Shown here: one piece after another, positions 41,001 to 49,720 of the stretch | Layout: each line of letters begins with the position of its first letter | How positions within the stretch are numbered: position 1 is the first letter of the stretch | Assembly (NCBI GenBank): GCA_003222635.1 | Contig: QHWQ01000313.1 | Span: forward strand, 873-64,872 | Origin: Acidobacteriota bacterium | GTDB lineage: Bacteria; Acidobacteriota; Vicinamibacteria; Vicinamibacterales; UBA2999 | Length of the DNA: 64,000 bases | Direction of reading: 5' to 3' | The notes under the pieces: generated by a model | What the model was told of the DNA's origin: nothing | What the model saw: the letters and a program-made list of their open reading frames with translations, nothing else | The model's database searches: none | Position numbers and translations under genes: made by a program

Positions 41001-41387
41001 ATAATGCGCCTGCACCTCGAGCTGCGCCATCGCGCCGGATTCGGTGAGCGTGGTGACGGGGGCCGAAACGGTCAGCGAGACCGGAATCGGCGTGGTGTTG
41101 CCGAAGATGATCGGCTTGTGGTTGACGACTCCGTTGGCGGGTACGGCAAACAGATCCGACTCGCCGGAAACCGTCTTGCCGTTGACGATACACGTCGCGC
41201 GTGCGCGTACGATTCCGAAATTGGCCGGGACGTTCGGCAGCACCCACGATCCGTCGGCGTTCACGCGAACGGTTCGGTTGAGCACGCTCACCGTGCAGTT
41301 CTCGTTGAGGTGCTGGGCGCGCGCGTCGTGTGCGAGGCCCACGCCGAGCGCAGCGATGGCGCAGATGCGCAGAAGCAGCCGGGTCAC
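38100..41387 (-). CDS. Large secreted multi-domain protein: Ig-like domain, thrombospondin-type-3-like Asp-rich repeats, LVIVD-repeat beta-propeller, CarboxypepD_reg-like domain, C-terminal jelly-roll-like domain
   Basis: Signal MTRLLLRICAIAALGVGLAHDARA. DPDRDGLTNLEEF..DVDGDGLKDGDE..DTDGDGIPDG. Repeated AYVAAGSSGLQVVDVTD / AYVAAGTALHVVDVANP / AYVANGSSLLLVNVSNP / GGVHVIDVSNP units. VTGRVIDMNGAGVGGAIV. NGGFESGTLAGW. Confidence 0.75.
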   Translation of the reverse strand: MTRLLLRICAIAALGVGLAHDARAQHLNENCTVSVLNRTVRVNADGSWVLPNVPANFGIVRARATCIVNGKTVSGESDLFAVPANGVVNHKPIIFGNTTPIPVSLTVSAPVTTLTESGAMAQLEVQAHYPNGTATDVTAASSGTQYTTSNAAIATVSAGGIVQAAAGGTSGTVLIQATHEGASGLLSVQAALSGAPHGGIPDSWAIANGLNPNDPVMPFEDPDRDGLTNLEEFQNGTDPHNPDVDGDGLKDGDEVHIHHTSPLLADTDGDGIPDGVEIQTATNPLDPASFDLSTALATFTVTPASFVLDFNTIVGVASQQLAVKGTLIDNKTTLDLTSTSKGTNYVSSDLTICNFGVPDGNVFAGNNGSCTITITNSGFTAQAVGVVQTFTPTALSFIPLPGFANGVAVNGNFAYVAAGSSGLQVVDVTDRSHPLIAASLSLPGNANGIKLLGTLAYVAAGTALHVVDVANPLMPVLRGSLATSNALAVAVRGTVAYVANGSSLLLVNVSNPASIVPIATLPLAGTIQGIDVDAQRGLAVTAAGFGGVHVIDVSNPDMPLLLGSASTGDARAVGLRDTFAFVADYSNSTTSVDLTNPSNPVVRSHILDSNLGGFLQDIAVSGNFALGADVKFVNGVPITDITDPTQLQARAILNFPQRDDNGTGIAVDGNFVYLTTDHGALGKFQAFGDGRLYIGQYLALVDTKGVAPTASITSPANGSSVVEGSTLPVIVDARDDVAVAGVNFLVNGAVAFTATSSPYQYNLKIPVGISSLTLGATAVDLGGNIGTAPNVVVNVIPDPGTTVTGRVIDMNGAGVGGAIVSTFSRTSTTANDGTFSIPGVATVLGNIVVTASATINGTLQTGLSGSFAPVVGGTTDVGNVVVTLLNNGGFESGTLAGWTVAPGSNVHVMSSLGPQGAFTPIVPAEGQFMAVLSNAASAATPPGTSGSVITQTFAAPAVPSEIDFCYQFVSNDSGGFEDFFLAQLVSSAGTFTLASADNSGGSPAGGGAPPPPPGLSPGAVLTPPSAPAFSSGVNILGSGLYFIPSSTMTNRVCASFTLPAQVLGTQVTLKFTSGNAIDNSVESAVAIDAVKIRGK

Positions 41388-42457
41388 CGGGACACCTTGA
41401 CCGAAGCCTCGACGTATTCGACCAGCGTCCGCAGCGCCGGCACGCCGTCGATGCGCGCACCGTTGACGAACATCACCGGGCTTCCTTTGATGCCGCGGCT
41501 CAGGCCGGCCTGCAGGTCGGCGTCAACCCGCGCCGCGTCGCGGTGCCGCCGGATGCTGTCGGCGAACTTCTCCTGATCGAGTCCGAGCTCGCCGGCGTAG
41601 GCGATCAGGTCCTGCTCGCGCAGCGAGTTCTGATGGCGCAGCGCAAAGGCCGCGAATTCCCAGAAGCGCCCGTCGCGTGCGCCCGTCATGGCGGCCTCGT
41701 GCGCCAGACGGGCCTGCGGGTGAAACGCGAGCGGGAAATTGCGGAATTGCACGTGCACCGCCGCGGGGTATCGCGCGAGCAGCTGGTTGACGATGTCAAA
41801 GGCCGGCGTGCTGACCGGGCTCTGAAGGTCCATGAAAACCTCCAGCGTGACCGGCGCGGCAGATGGACCGCGGGCCATCAGGTCGTCCGCAATTTCCGCG
41901 GCGGCGCGCGCCTGTGCCTGGTCCTTGACGGCCAGCTCCCTCAGCTCGACGAACGATCGCGTGCCCGAGTAGACGCGGCCGTTGATCGTGTACGTCGGAG
42001 TCCCGCTGACGCCAAGCCGGGTGCCTTCCGCAACGTCGGCGGCAATCATCTGCTTGACGGCGTCGCTGTCGAGATCCTTCTCGAAGCGTGCGGCGTCGAG
42101 CCCCAGGCGCTTCGCATAGCCGATCAGATCGGCGCGCTGCACGTTCTCCTGCCGCGCGAACAGCAGGTCGTGCATCTCCCAGAACCGCCCCTGCAGCCGC
42201 GCCGCCATCGCCGCCTGATGCGCCAGCTGCGCCGCCGGATGGATGCTCAGCGGAAAGTTTCTGAACTCGATCGCCGGCGCGATCCCGTCAATCGATTCCG
42301 TCTGCAGCCGCCGGAGCGACGGCGCCAGCTGCGCGCAATACGGGCACTGGAAATCGGAGTAGACGACGATCGCGATGCCCGCCGGCGCCTCCACGGACGG
42401 CGTCGTGCCGTTCGGTATCAGCGCGGCGAGGAGCGATATGGCAAGAAAGACGGGCAT
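41384..42457 (-). CDS. Tandem DsbA-like thioredoxin-fold protein (first domain CPYC, second domain without cysteines)
   Basis: Domain 1: VVYSDFQCPYCAQL...GRFWEMHD...GVSGTPT. Domain 2 aligns to domain 1 but reads VFMDLQSPVSTPA...GRFWEFAA...GIKGSPV. Confidence 0.8.
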   Translation of the reverse strand: MPVFLAISLLAALIPNGTTPSVEAPAGIAIVVYSDFQCPYCAQLAPSLRRLQTESIDGIAPAIEFRNFPLSIHPAAQLAHQAAMAARLQGRFWEMHDLLFARQENVQRADLIGYAKRLGLDAARFEKDLDSDAVKQMIAADVAEGTRLGVSGTPTYTINGRVYSGTRSFVELRELAVKDQAQARAAAEIADDLMARGPSAAPVTLEVFMDLQSPVSTPAFDIVNQLLARYPAAVHVQFRNFPLAFHPQARLAHEAAMTGARDGRFWEFAAFALRHQNSLREQDLIAYAGELGLDQEKFADSIRRHRDAARVDADLQAGLSRGIKGSPVMFVNGARIDGVPALRTLVEYVEASVKVSR

Positions 42458-42474
42458 CGTGGATGCTCCGATCG

Positions 42475-43900
42475 CTAATGGGTCTGGCCCGCGGCATCAG
42501 GTGCCGCGGCCCAGCTCCTGGGCTGAAATCGTTCGTCGACGACGAGGTCCTTCGTTCCCGGTGGAAGGACCTGCAGCGTCTTCAGGAATTCGACGACGGC
42601 ATCGCGTTCGGCGGCAGGCAGCGCCTGGAAGGCCACACGTGACGATTTCGCTTCGCCGGAATGCGCCAGGATCGCCTGCCGCAGCGTCGTGAAGAGGCCG
42701 TGATGGAAGTACGGCTTCTCGTTCGCGGCGCCCCAGAGGCGCTTGGTGAGGAAACGGCAGTTCCCCTGGCGCAGCGTGTCCGACCACTGCGGCTGATTCA
42801 TGTCCAGCGGTTCGCGATCCGCCGCATCGCAGATGTCGTGAAGCTTGAAATCCGTGTAGGCATCGACCCACACGGCGCCGGACGAGTCGGGATGGAGCCG
42901 CGGCTGCGGCAGCGCGTCGCTCGACAGATCGAACCGCCCGCTCGATCGCCGGATCGCGCGGAATCACGCGCCCGGGCACCTGCAGCGTCGCCTGCCACAC
43001 GCTCACCGCGGTGACGTCGGCGACCGTCAGTTCATTCCTGACGCCGTCACCATCGGGATCGGTGCCGCGGCCAAACCGCTCCGTCGACTGGATGCCGTGA
43101 TGCTGGTTGAACGCGGTGTTGGTGAATTCGCGAATGGAGACGATGTTGCTCGCCTGGTGCCAGGGACGGATAACCAGCGACGGTGGATGCGTCGAGTCGC
43201 CGGCGATCAGGCTCAACCGCCCGAGCCCCTGCACCTTCGATGTGTCCCACACTCCCTGCTTCGTCAGCGTCAGCGTCCCGAAGCTGACCCCTTTGGCCAC
43301 CAGCGGTTTGCTTTCGCCGACCTTGATCGTCACGCGGATTCGCTGCAGCTCCTCGGTCATCTGCCGCGCGAGCATCTCCAGGTAGCCCGCGCCGAACATG
43401 CCTGTGGTGCGCCGTGAATCAGCGACGGTCTGCAGGAGCGCCGGCCGGCCCGTTTCGTCCACCGTGCCGCGCGTCGGCAGCCGGTCCGCCGGATCGAAGG
43501 TGACGAAATCGAATCGCTGCCCGAGCAGCGACACGTTCGTGACGAACTCACCGTGACCGCCGGAGATGCCGTACGGGGCGTTGTGACAGCCGGCGCACGA
43601 GTTCGCGTCCGGTCCCGAGATGCGATTGAAGGCGCGCGCCCCGTTCAGCGGCCGAGAGGTATCGGTGAGCGGACGGCCGGTGCCTTTCGTCAGCGGACGG
43701 CCCCCACCGTCCTCCTCGGTCCAGATGGCCTCGAACAGACGTCGGCCGTGCGCCAGCAATTGCTCGAGCGGCAGTGAAAACTCCCGGCCATCCTGCAGGT
43801 GCGACGGCACCGCGAGCTCCTGGCCGATCGAGGAGGCCGGCTCCTGCGCCGCGACGCGGCCGAGCGCGACGACCAACAGCGCGCTCAGCGCGGTCCACAT
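42475..43900 (-). pseudogene. Di-haem oxidoreductase / putative peroxidase (DUF1111-like), frame broken near 42925 with the second haem motif missing
   Basis: N-terminal part lies inside track ORF 42497..44488 (start MWTALSALLVVALGRVAAQ, first haem motif CAGCHN, ...VIPRDPAIERAV), followed by nonsense. The C-terminal part is in another frame (FDLSSDALPQPRLHPDSSGAVWVDAYTDFKLHDI...AILAHSGEA..., track ORF 42475..42873). Only one CxxCH motif is left. Confidence 0.7.
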
Positions 43901-44196
43901 CAGCGGGGCCGCCGGAGCAGCGCGCCCGCGACGAACGCCGCCGCGATCAGGAGCGGAGGTGCGACGAAGACGAGAAAGCGGCCGAGTGCGTCGAGGCGGT
44001 ACACATTCAGCGACCGAAGCAGCGGATCGATCCTGACGACCTGGAAGAAGAGCAGCCCCCACCAGATCACCCACGCGGCGACACCAATGAGCAGCGTCGC
44101 CGCCATGAGGCCCGCCGTTCGCAGCGCCGGAAGAACCCATCCACCACATATCGCTCCCACGCACGCAAGAAGAATCAGTACGCCGGCGGTCACCAC
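43900..44196 (-). CDS. Small integral membrane protein (three predicted helices), hypothetical
   Basis: ORF of 98 aa, very hydrophobic (VLILLACVGAICGGWVL, LMAATLLIGVAAWVIWWGLLFF, FLVFVAPPLLIAAAFVAGALL). It is tightly packed between neighbouring genes. Confidence 0.55.
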   Translation of the reverse strand: MVTAGVLILLACVGAICGGWVLPALRTAGLMAATLLIGVAAWVIWWGLLFFQVVRIDPLLRSLNVYRLDALGRFLVFVAPPLLIAAAFVAGALLRRPR

Positions 44197-44198
44197 GT

Positions 44199-44882
44199 TC
44201 AGCGGAACTCGCGCTGATCGAAAAAGGCCGATTCAAAAAACACCTGGATCGGGTTCGGCGCTGGCGATTCCAGGTCGCCGTTCCACGTCCCCCGCTCGTG
44301 CGACGCATACGCGCACGCGACCTCGAAATCGCCCACCAGGTTTTCCATGTACATGCGCTCGAACGTCGCGACCGCCGTCGCGTGGTCCTGCGCCAGCCGC
44401 TGGAACACCTCGCCTTTGCCGGCGGCCGTGCTCTCCCGGCCGAGCCGTTCGAGAAAGCGCTCGATGTTTGCCCGGCGCGTCGCGGCATCGATCGGGATCT
44501 CGAGAGAGACGTCGAGCGATTGCCGGTTCGTTTCCGTTGCCTGCGCGATCACAATCGGGCGGGTGGCGACCATGGGCCGCCCGGCCGCTATCCGCCGCAC
44601 GATCACCGCGAGGTTGCCGTCCTGCGGTGGGGCGCCGGGCGGCCGAAGCCGCAGGGGATCGACGGTGGCCGGTGGCGCGATGAGCGCGGCACGCACCAGC
44701 ACGCGTTTGAGATTGCTGATGCGTATCGGTTCCCGCTCGCGCGGTGTCTCGTTCAGCACGCTGCACGTCAGCGTCGGAGCTGCCGCGGGCTGCGGCTGCG
44801 TCTGGCCCGACGCCGCGGCCGTGATCGCGAGCGCGATCGCCCACGACACCAGCACCCGAATCGCCCTGGACCCTATCTGCAT
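44199..44882 (-). CDS. Secreted hypothetical protein
   Basis: ORF 44199..45044. The upstream part overlaps the preceding gene, so the likely start is MQIGSRAIRVLVSWAIALAITAAASGQ at 44882. Confidence 0.55.
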   Translation of the reverse strand: MQIGSRAIRVLVSWAIALAITAAASGQTQPQPAAAPTLTCSVLNETPREREPIRISNLKRVLVRAALIAPPATVDPLRLRPPGAPPQDGNLAVIVRRIAAGRPMVATRPIVIAQATETNRQSLDVSLEIPIDAATRRANIERFLERLGRESTAAGKGEVFQRLAQDHATAVATFERMYMENLVGDFEVACAYASHERGTWNGDLESPAPNPIQVFFESAFFDQREFR

Positions 44883-44889
44883 GCAGTGC

Positions 44890-47800
44890 TCACCGGATGA
44901 ACGGGGCCGGCCCCGGCGGATACGGCGTCGTGCTGAAGTTGCCGATCGGCGCGGGCGCCTGCGGGATCGTCTGTTTCTTCGTGAGGTTTCCGAAGACAAA
45001 GTAGGTCGGGTAGACCTGCGTGAAGATCTGGTAGTTCGATCCAAGCGCCGCGCCCAGCTCGATGCGGCTGCCGATGTTGCTCCACTTCAGCGGATCCGCC
45101 AGCGTGTTGAATGCGGAGACCGCGATGCTGGTCGGCGTGCCGTCGTTGATCAGGAACGCCGTGTCGCCGTTCGCCGTTGCGTACTTGCCGTTATTCGGAC
45201 CGGCGGCGCCGGACTCCTCGATATCCCACACGGGATTGTTCGTCACGCCGATCTCCGTCGCCTGGCGGACGACCGTCGGCGAGCCCTTGAACATCCCGCC
45301 CTCGGCCAGGTACTTGATCTGGAAGCGGTTGAACAGCTTGTAGCTGGTACGCTTCGAAGTCCGGAAGTTATCGAGCTCGGAATTGCTCGCGAACGAGTTT
45401 GGCGGACATCTGCCGCTCGCGCAGAAGTTCGCTCCGAACTTGAACATCCAGTTCAGGACGTACGTCCGTTCGGCGGCTGTCATCGATCGGACGTAGAACG
45501 GATGGATGGTGCTCCCCGCCGCCAGCAGCCCAAGGTGCAGCGTCGTCAGTCCCTTCTGCACGACGCTCATCGACGCGGCGCCGCCGGGCGGATAGAAGTC
45601 GGTCATCCACGAATCCATGCCGGCGGTTGACAACGGCACAGCGGCAGGATCGATCCAGCCGATCGACGCGATGTCGTCCGTTCGCACACCGATCTCGATC
45701 TCTTTGGTTTGCTCCTTGGTCAGTCCGCCTTCGAACGTCACCTTGACCTTGAACGTCACCTTGCCCGGCGCGGCCGCGAGGTCGCCGAGATCCCACGTCT
45801 GATCGGATCCAGGCGCGAAGCTGCCGGGGCCTTCGAACGACCACTCGTAGCTCGTGACCGCAATGGACGCCGGCGACGTCTTCGCTTTCAGCCGGAGGTT
45901 GTCGGCGGTTCTCGCCGCCGAGCCGCCATACACCGGTCCGCTGGTGCCGGCGTACGACGTGTTGTCGGGATCATCCTGATCGATGGCCTCGGCGTCGATT
46001 GAGACCGTCGGGACAACGCACGATCCCATCTTGCACAGACCGTCGTCGCCAGACGAGGCCGGGCAGATGTGCGTTTCCTGCGCCGGATCCGGAACGCAGC
46101 TGCTGCCCTGACACCACTTGCACACCGGACAGTCGGCCACCGATCCGCTGGCGTTCGGATCGCCGCCGCAATGCCAGCCGGCTTTCAACACGCCGACACC
46201 GGGCGACGAACGAATCACCTGGCCATCGTCGCTGACGACGCCGGTGCCGATCGCGACAAACGATCCGATGTCGTGGTCGAACGAGTACATCTCGGTGACC
46301 GCCCTCGGCTTCAGTCCGTCGACGTTCGGCAGCGTGATGGCCGCCGGCGGGTTGAAGACCGCGCCCGACGGTTGGATGGTCACGATGAAGCGCGGCTGCT
46401 GACCGAAGCCTGGCGCCATCGGCACCTTCTCGCGGTTCACCACCGTGACGCTGACGCAGCCATCCTTCGAGCCGCCGGGGAAGGTCACCTGGTTCGGCGC
46501 AAACGTCAGGGAGAAGCCGGGCGCTTCGGGAATCGTCAGCGTTCCGCCGCCCGACGTCGCGGTGACGCAGAGCTGATTCGCCGTGTTGAGCGGCAGCAGA
46601 AAGATCGGCTGCCCCACGGTGTTGTCCTGGCCGGCGACCGTGACCACGTCGTACTCGAGCGATGGGTATGGGCCAGGCAGCAGCGCGGTCGAGCCGTCAG
46701 CCAGCAGCTTCACCAGGCCAACAGGCGCATGCGGAATGGTGAACTGCCCCTCCGCGTTTGTTTTGATCTCGGGGATGGATTGAACGGCGTTGGCGTTCGC
46801 GTTCAGCACATTCGTGAGAACCGCGCGCATGGCGACGCCGGGAATCGGGTTGTTGCTGTTGTCGAGGACGACGCCGGAAATCGTGGTCTGCACGGGATCT
46901 CCGGGAGCGCGTCCCGACGCGGTGAACACCGCTGGCAGACCCGACGCCGCCGCAACCGCGGCTTCGACGACGTTGTTCGCGTTGCCTTCCTGAACACCGA
47001 GCGTCAAAGTAGTCGCCACGCGGCCGTCCGAGTCGCTGTTCACCGTGGTCGTCGAACTGCCGTCGAACGAGCCTCCACCTTCCTTGACGGTGAAGGTCAC
47101 CGGCACCTGCGCGCGCCTGTTGTTTCCGCCGTCGACGACAACCGCGATGAACGGCTTCGGCAGCGGCTGCCCGATGGCGCCGATCTGATCGTTGCCGGTG
47201 TCGACGACGATCTTTGCCGGATCGCCGAGCACGCCGGTGGCGGTGAAGACGGCGGTGCCGGCAAAACCAACCGCGTACGCTTCGACAATGTTTCCACCCG
47301 CGCCGGCCCGCATGCCGAGAGTCCATTGCGCGTCGGCATGCCCCTGAGCGTCGGTGGTCGCCAGGGCGGTCGCACCCGGGTCACCGGTGTCGCTGACGAG
47401 ACCGTCGTTCTGCGTGACCTTGAAGATCACCGGCTTGCCGGCGACGGGATTCCCAGCCGGGTCGATGAGGGATATGACCAGCGGCGCCGCGAGCATGGTG
47501 CCGATCGTCCCGGACTGATTGTTCCCGGAGATCAGCTGAATCTTCGATTGCGCCTGCGGCGCAATCCGGAAGACCTTAATCGACGTCGTCGCTGCGTTGC
47601 CGACGCGATCGATCCCCACGGCCTGGATGACGTTCTGCCCCAGGTTGAGGGGGACCGCGCCAGCGAGGAAAAGCCGATTGGCGACGGCCGCGGTATCGCC
47701 GTTCACGGTCACCTGCGCCTGTTCCTCGTTTACCGTCCCCACGACGATGTCGTTCACGTTGCCGGCGACCGCAATGGAGGGATCTTCGGTCACGAAGCCG

Positions 47801-49440
47801 TCGATCGGCGACGTGATCGTCACGTGCGGCGGCGTCGTGTCGAGCGTCACCTCGATGCTCGACGTGCCGACGGCAGCCGCCGTCGTCGCGACGACGGTGA
47901 TGATGTTCGGGCCCTCGGCGAGCGGAAGCGCCAGCGTGAAGGCGCCGCCGGTAACCGGCGCGGGGAGCGAATTAATCGTGACGGTGGCGTCGGGGTCGTC
48001 CACCGTTCCGGTGACCGTCGTCGGGGTGAGATTGAGATAGCTCAGGTTGGCCAGCGATGTGATGGTCACCTTCGGGACGCGCGCGTATATCAGGGAAACG
48101 GCGTCGGCGCTCGTGTTGCCAGCCATGTCCGTCGATTCGAGGCTGATGGAGTTGGCGCCTGGTGTGAGCGTCGCGCTGCACTCGACATTCCCTGCGGCCG
48201 TTGTCGCGGGCGCGTTGTTGCACGTGACGCTGACAATCCCGGAACCATCTTCGGTAACGGTCCCCTGGACGAGGACCGAAGGCGTGAACAGCGTCGTGCC
48301 CGCGGCCGGCGATGTCAGGTGAACGACGGGCGGAAGGCTGTCGATGCTGAGGCTCGCGGCGGCGGTCGCCATGTTGCCGGCGTTGTCGATCGCGGTGCCG
48401 CTGACCGTCTGATGCGCCCCGTCGCCAGAGACGGTCTGCGCGCTGGGGCACGCCGCAACGCCCGACGCTCCATCGGCGCACGTGAAATGGACGGTGACCT
48501 GGGTGCGGTTCCATCCATTCGGATTTGGCGCCGGGTCGAGCGACGCCGTGACGACAGGTTTGACCTGGTCGATCCGGATTCCGCCGCGCGTGATCGACCC
48601 GGTGTTACCGGCCAGATCGGTGGCCTGACCAGTTGCCGACAGGTTCGTCCCATCGGCCGTCAGGATCACCGGCAGGCTCAGGCTTGTGGGCACTACGCCC
48701 GACAACGCATCCGTCGCGGCAAACGTGACTGCCACCGGCGTGTTGTTCCAGCCGCTCGCGTTGGCATCCGGTGAGGCCGTCGAGACGAGGAGCGGAGCCG
48801 TCTTGTCGATATTCAGCGTCACCTGTAACGAGACCGTGTTGCCCGCTTTGTCGACTGCCGTCGCGGACACGATCTGATTGGCGCCTTCTGCGGTCACGGA
48901 AACGGGCTGCGGGCAGACCGCAATCCCCGATGTCGGATCGGTGCAGGTGAACGCCACCGAGACGTTGGTGTTGTTCCAACCGTAGATGTTGGGTCCCGGG
49001 GTGATGAGCGGCTGAATGACCGGAGCGTCCGTATCCTGGCCGACGATCCTGATCGTGAGCGTGCTGCCCGGAGCGCTTCGCAGTTCGACCGACAGCACGT
49101 TGGAGGCGGCCAGCGAGACGGCCTTCGTCAATCGCGTGACGTTGCGATTGAAATCGGAAGGGCCGAAGATCTCCTCGCCGTTCAGCGTGATGATGGCGCT
49201 GGCAATGCCGGCGTTGTCGATCTCGATCGCGTACGGCGCCGATGGATTGAGAACCGTGAAGGTCGCCTGGCGGACAACCGGCGCGCCGGTGTTTCGCACG
49301 AATGTCTGCGGGCCGAACGCGACGAATGACGCCGCGGAGGCCGGCAGAATGGCGACCAGATTGAACAGAGCTACGAGCAGAGCGAGGCGACCGATCGCCG
49401 AAGCGAGCGTTCTCCGCTCGAGTGAGACACGGCAAGTCAT
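44890..49440 (-). CDS. Giant secreted/surface protein with many Ig-like repeats (HYR/Big-type), Big_1-like domains, a Cys-rich module and a C-terminal domain of about 400 aa with unknown function
   Basis: 1516-aa ORF. Signal/anchor LALLVALFNLVAILPASAASF. Repeated units of about 90 aa (GWNNT.V.V.F.C.D..SG...C..) and Big_1-like AGKPVIFKVTQNDG / VPVTFTVKEGGGSF. Cys-rich CPVCKWCQGSSCVPDPAQETHICP...GLCKMGSCV. Confidence 0.8.
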   Translation of the reverse strand: MTCRVSLERRTLASAIGRLALLVALFNLVAILPASAASFVAFGPQTFVRNTGAPVVRQATFTVLNPSAPYAIEIDNAGIASAIITLNGEEIFGPSDFNRNVTRLTKAVSLAASNVLSVELRSAPGSTLTIRIVGQDTDAPVIQPLITPGPNIYGWNNTNVSVAFTCTDPTSGIAVCPQPVSVTAEGANQIVSATAVDKAGNTVSLQVTLNIDKTAPLLVSTASPDANASGWNNTPVAVTFAATDALSGVVPTSLSLPVILTADGTNLSATGQATDLAGNTGSITRGGIRIDQVKPVVTASLDPAPNPNGWNRTQVTVHFTCADGASGVAACPSAQTVSGDGAHQTVSGTAIDNAGNMATAAASLSIDSLPPVVHLTSPAAGTTLFTPSVLVQGTVTEDGSGIVSVTCNNAPATTAAGNVECSATLTPGANSISLESTDMAGNTSADAVSLIYARVPKVTITSLANLSYLNLTPTTVTGTVDDPDATVTINSLPAPVTGGAFTLALPLAEGPNIITVVATTAAAVGTSSIEVTLDTTPPHVTITSPIDGFVTEDPSIAVAGNVNDIVVGTVNEEQAQVTVNGDTAAVANRLFLAGAVPLNLGQNVIQAVGIDRVGNAATTSIKVFRIAPQAQSKIQLISGNNQSGTIGTMLAAPLVISLIDPAGNPVAGKPVIFKVTQNDGLVSDTGDPGATALATTDAQGHADAQWTLGMRAGAGGNIVEAYAVGFAGTAVFTATGVLGDPAKIVVDTGNDQIGAIGQPLPKPFIAVVVDGGNNRRAQVPVTFTVKEGGGSFDGSSTTTVNSDSDGRVATTLTLGVQEGNANNVVEAAVAAASGLPAVFTASGRAPGDPVQTTISGVVLDNSNNPIPGVAMRAVLTNVLNANANAVQSIPEIKTNAEGQFTIPHAPVGLVKLLADGSTALLPGPYPSLEYDVVTVAGQDNTVGQPIFLLPLNTANQLCVTATSGGGTLTIPEAPGFSLTFAPNQVTFPGGSKDGCVSVTVVNREKVPMAPGFGQQPRFIVTIQPSGAVFNPPAAITLPNVDGLKPRAVTEMYSFDHDIGSFVAIGTGVVSDDGQVIRSSPGVGVLKAGWHCGGDPNASGSVADCPVCKWCQGSSCVPDPAQETHICPASSGDDGLCKMGSCVVPTVSIDAEAIDQDDPDNTSYAGTSGPVYGGSAARTADNLRLKAKTSPASIAVTSYEWSFEGPGSFAPGSDQTWDLGDLAAAPGKVTFKVKVTFEGGLTKEQTKEIEIGVRTDDIASIGWIDPAAVPLSTAGMDSWMTDFYPPGGAASMSVVQKGLTTLHLGLLAAGSTIHPFYVRSMTAAERTYVLNWMFKFGANFCASGRCPPNSFASNSELDNFRTSKRTSYKLFNRFQIKYLAEGGMFKGSPTVVRQATEIGVTNNPVWDIEESGAAGPNNGKYATANGDTAFLINDGTPTSIAVSAFNTLADPLKWSNIGSRIELGAALGSNYQIFTQVYPTYFVFGNLTKKQTIPQAPAPIGNFSTTPYPPGPAPFIR

Positions 49441-49555
49441 CGACCCTCCCTACGGGCGGAGACGAGTGTCTGAGTTGAATTGAGGGGACGAGCCGGCGCA
49501 GACGTTAATCTGCGGCTGCAGGTGCGTCAAGCATTTATTGCTTCTTCGGCGAAAC

Positions 49556-49654
49556 GTCATGCAGATGTTATGCATCACGACGACGATAGCGCCACGCCTC
49601 TATTCGATAGATCGTCCGCTCGATCGCCAACAGCCGCCGCCTCGCAGCGCGTAA
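49556..49654 (+). pseudogene. Remnant 3' end of a paralog of gene 58754..59875
   Basis: My translation gives ...NVMQMLCITTTIAPRLYSIDRPLDRQQPPPRSA-stop (taa at 49652-49654). The end of gene 58754 reads ...YLCVFHRFSRPIAPRLYSIDRALDCEV.... DNA 49584-49626 is nearly identical to 59778-59820. Confidence 0.6.
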
Positions 49655-49720
49655 GCGGCGCACGCTGGCAGCGGACTTGCTGCCCGCGGGTACCAACCTC
49701 ACACAGAGGAGACCACGCGC

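Noticed and set aside
43890-44165. An apparent one-base disagreement between my manual indexing of the printed sequence and the ORF-track coordinates in this stretch
   Set aside because: Coordinates agree exactly before (42457, 42873) and after (44199), so this is most likely my counting error, not biology. Track coordinates were used for the features here.
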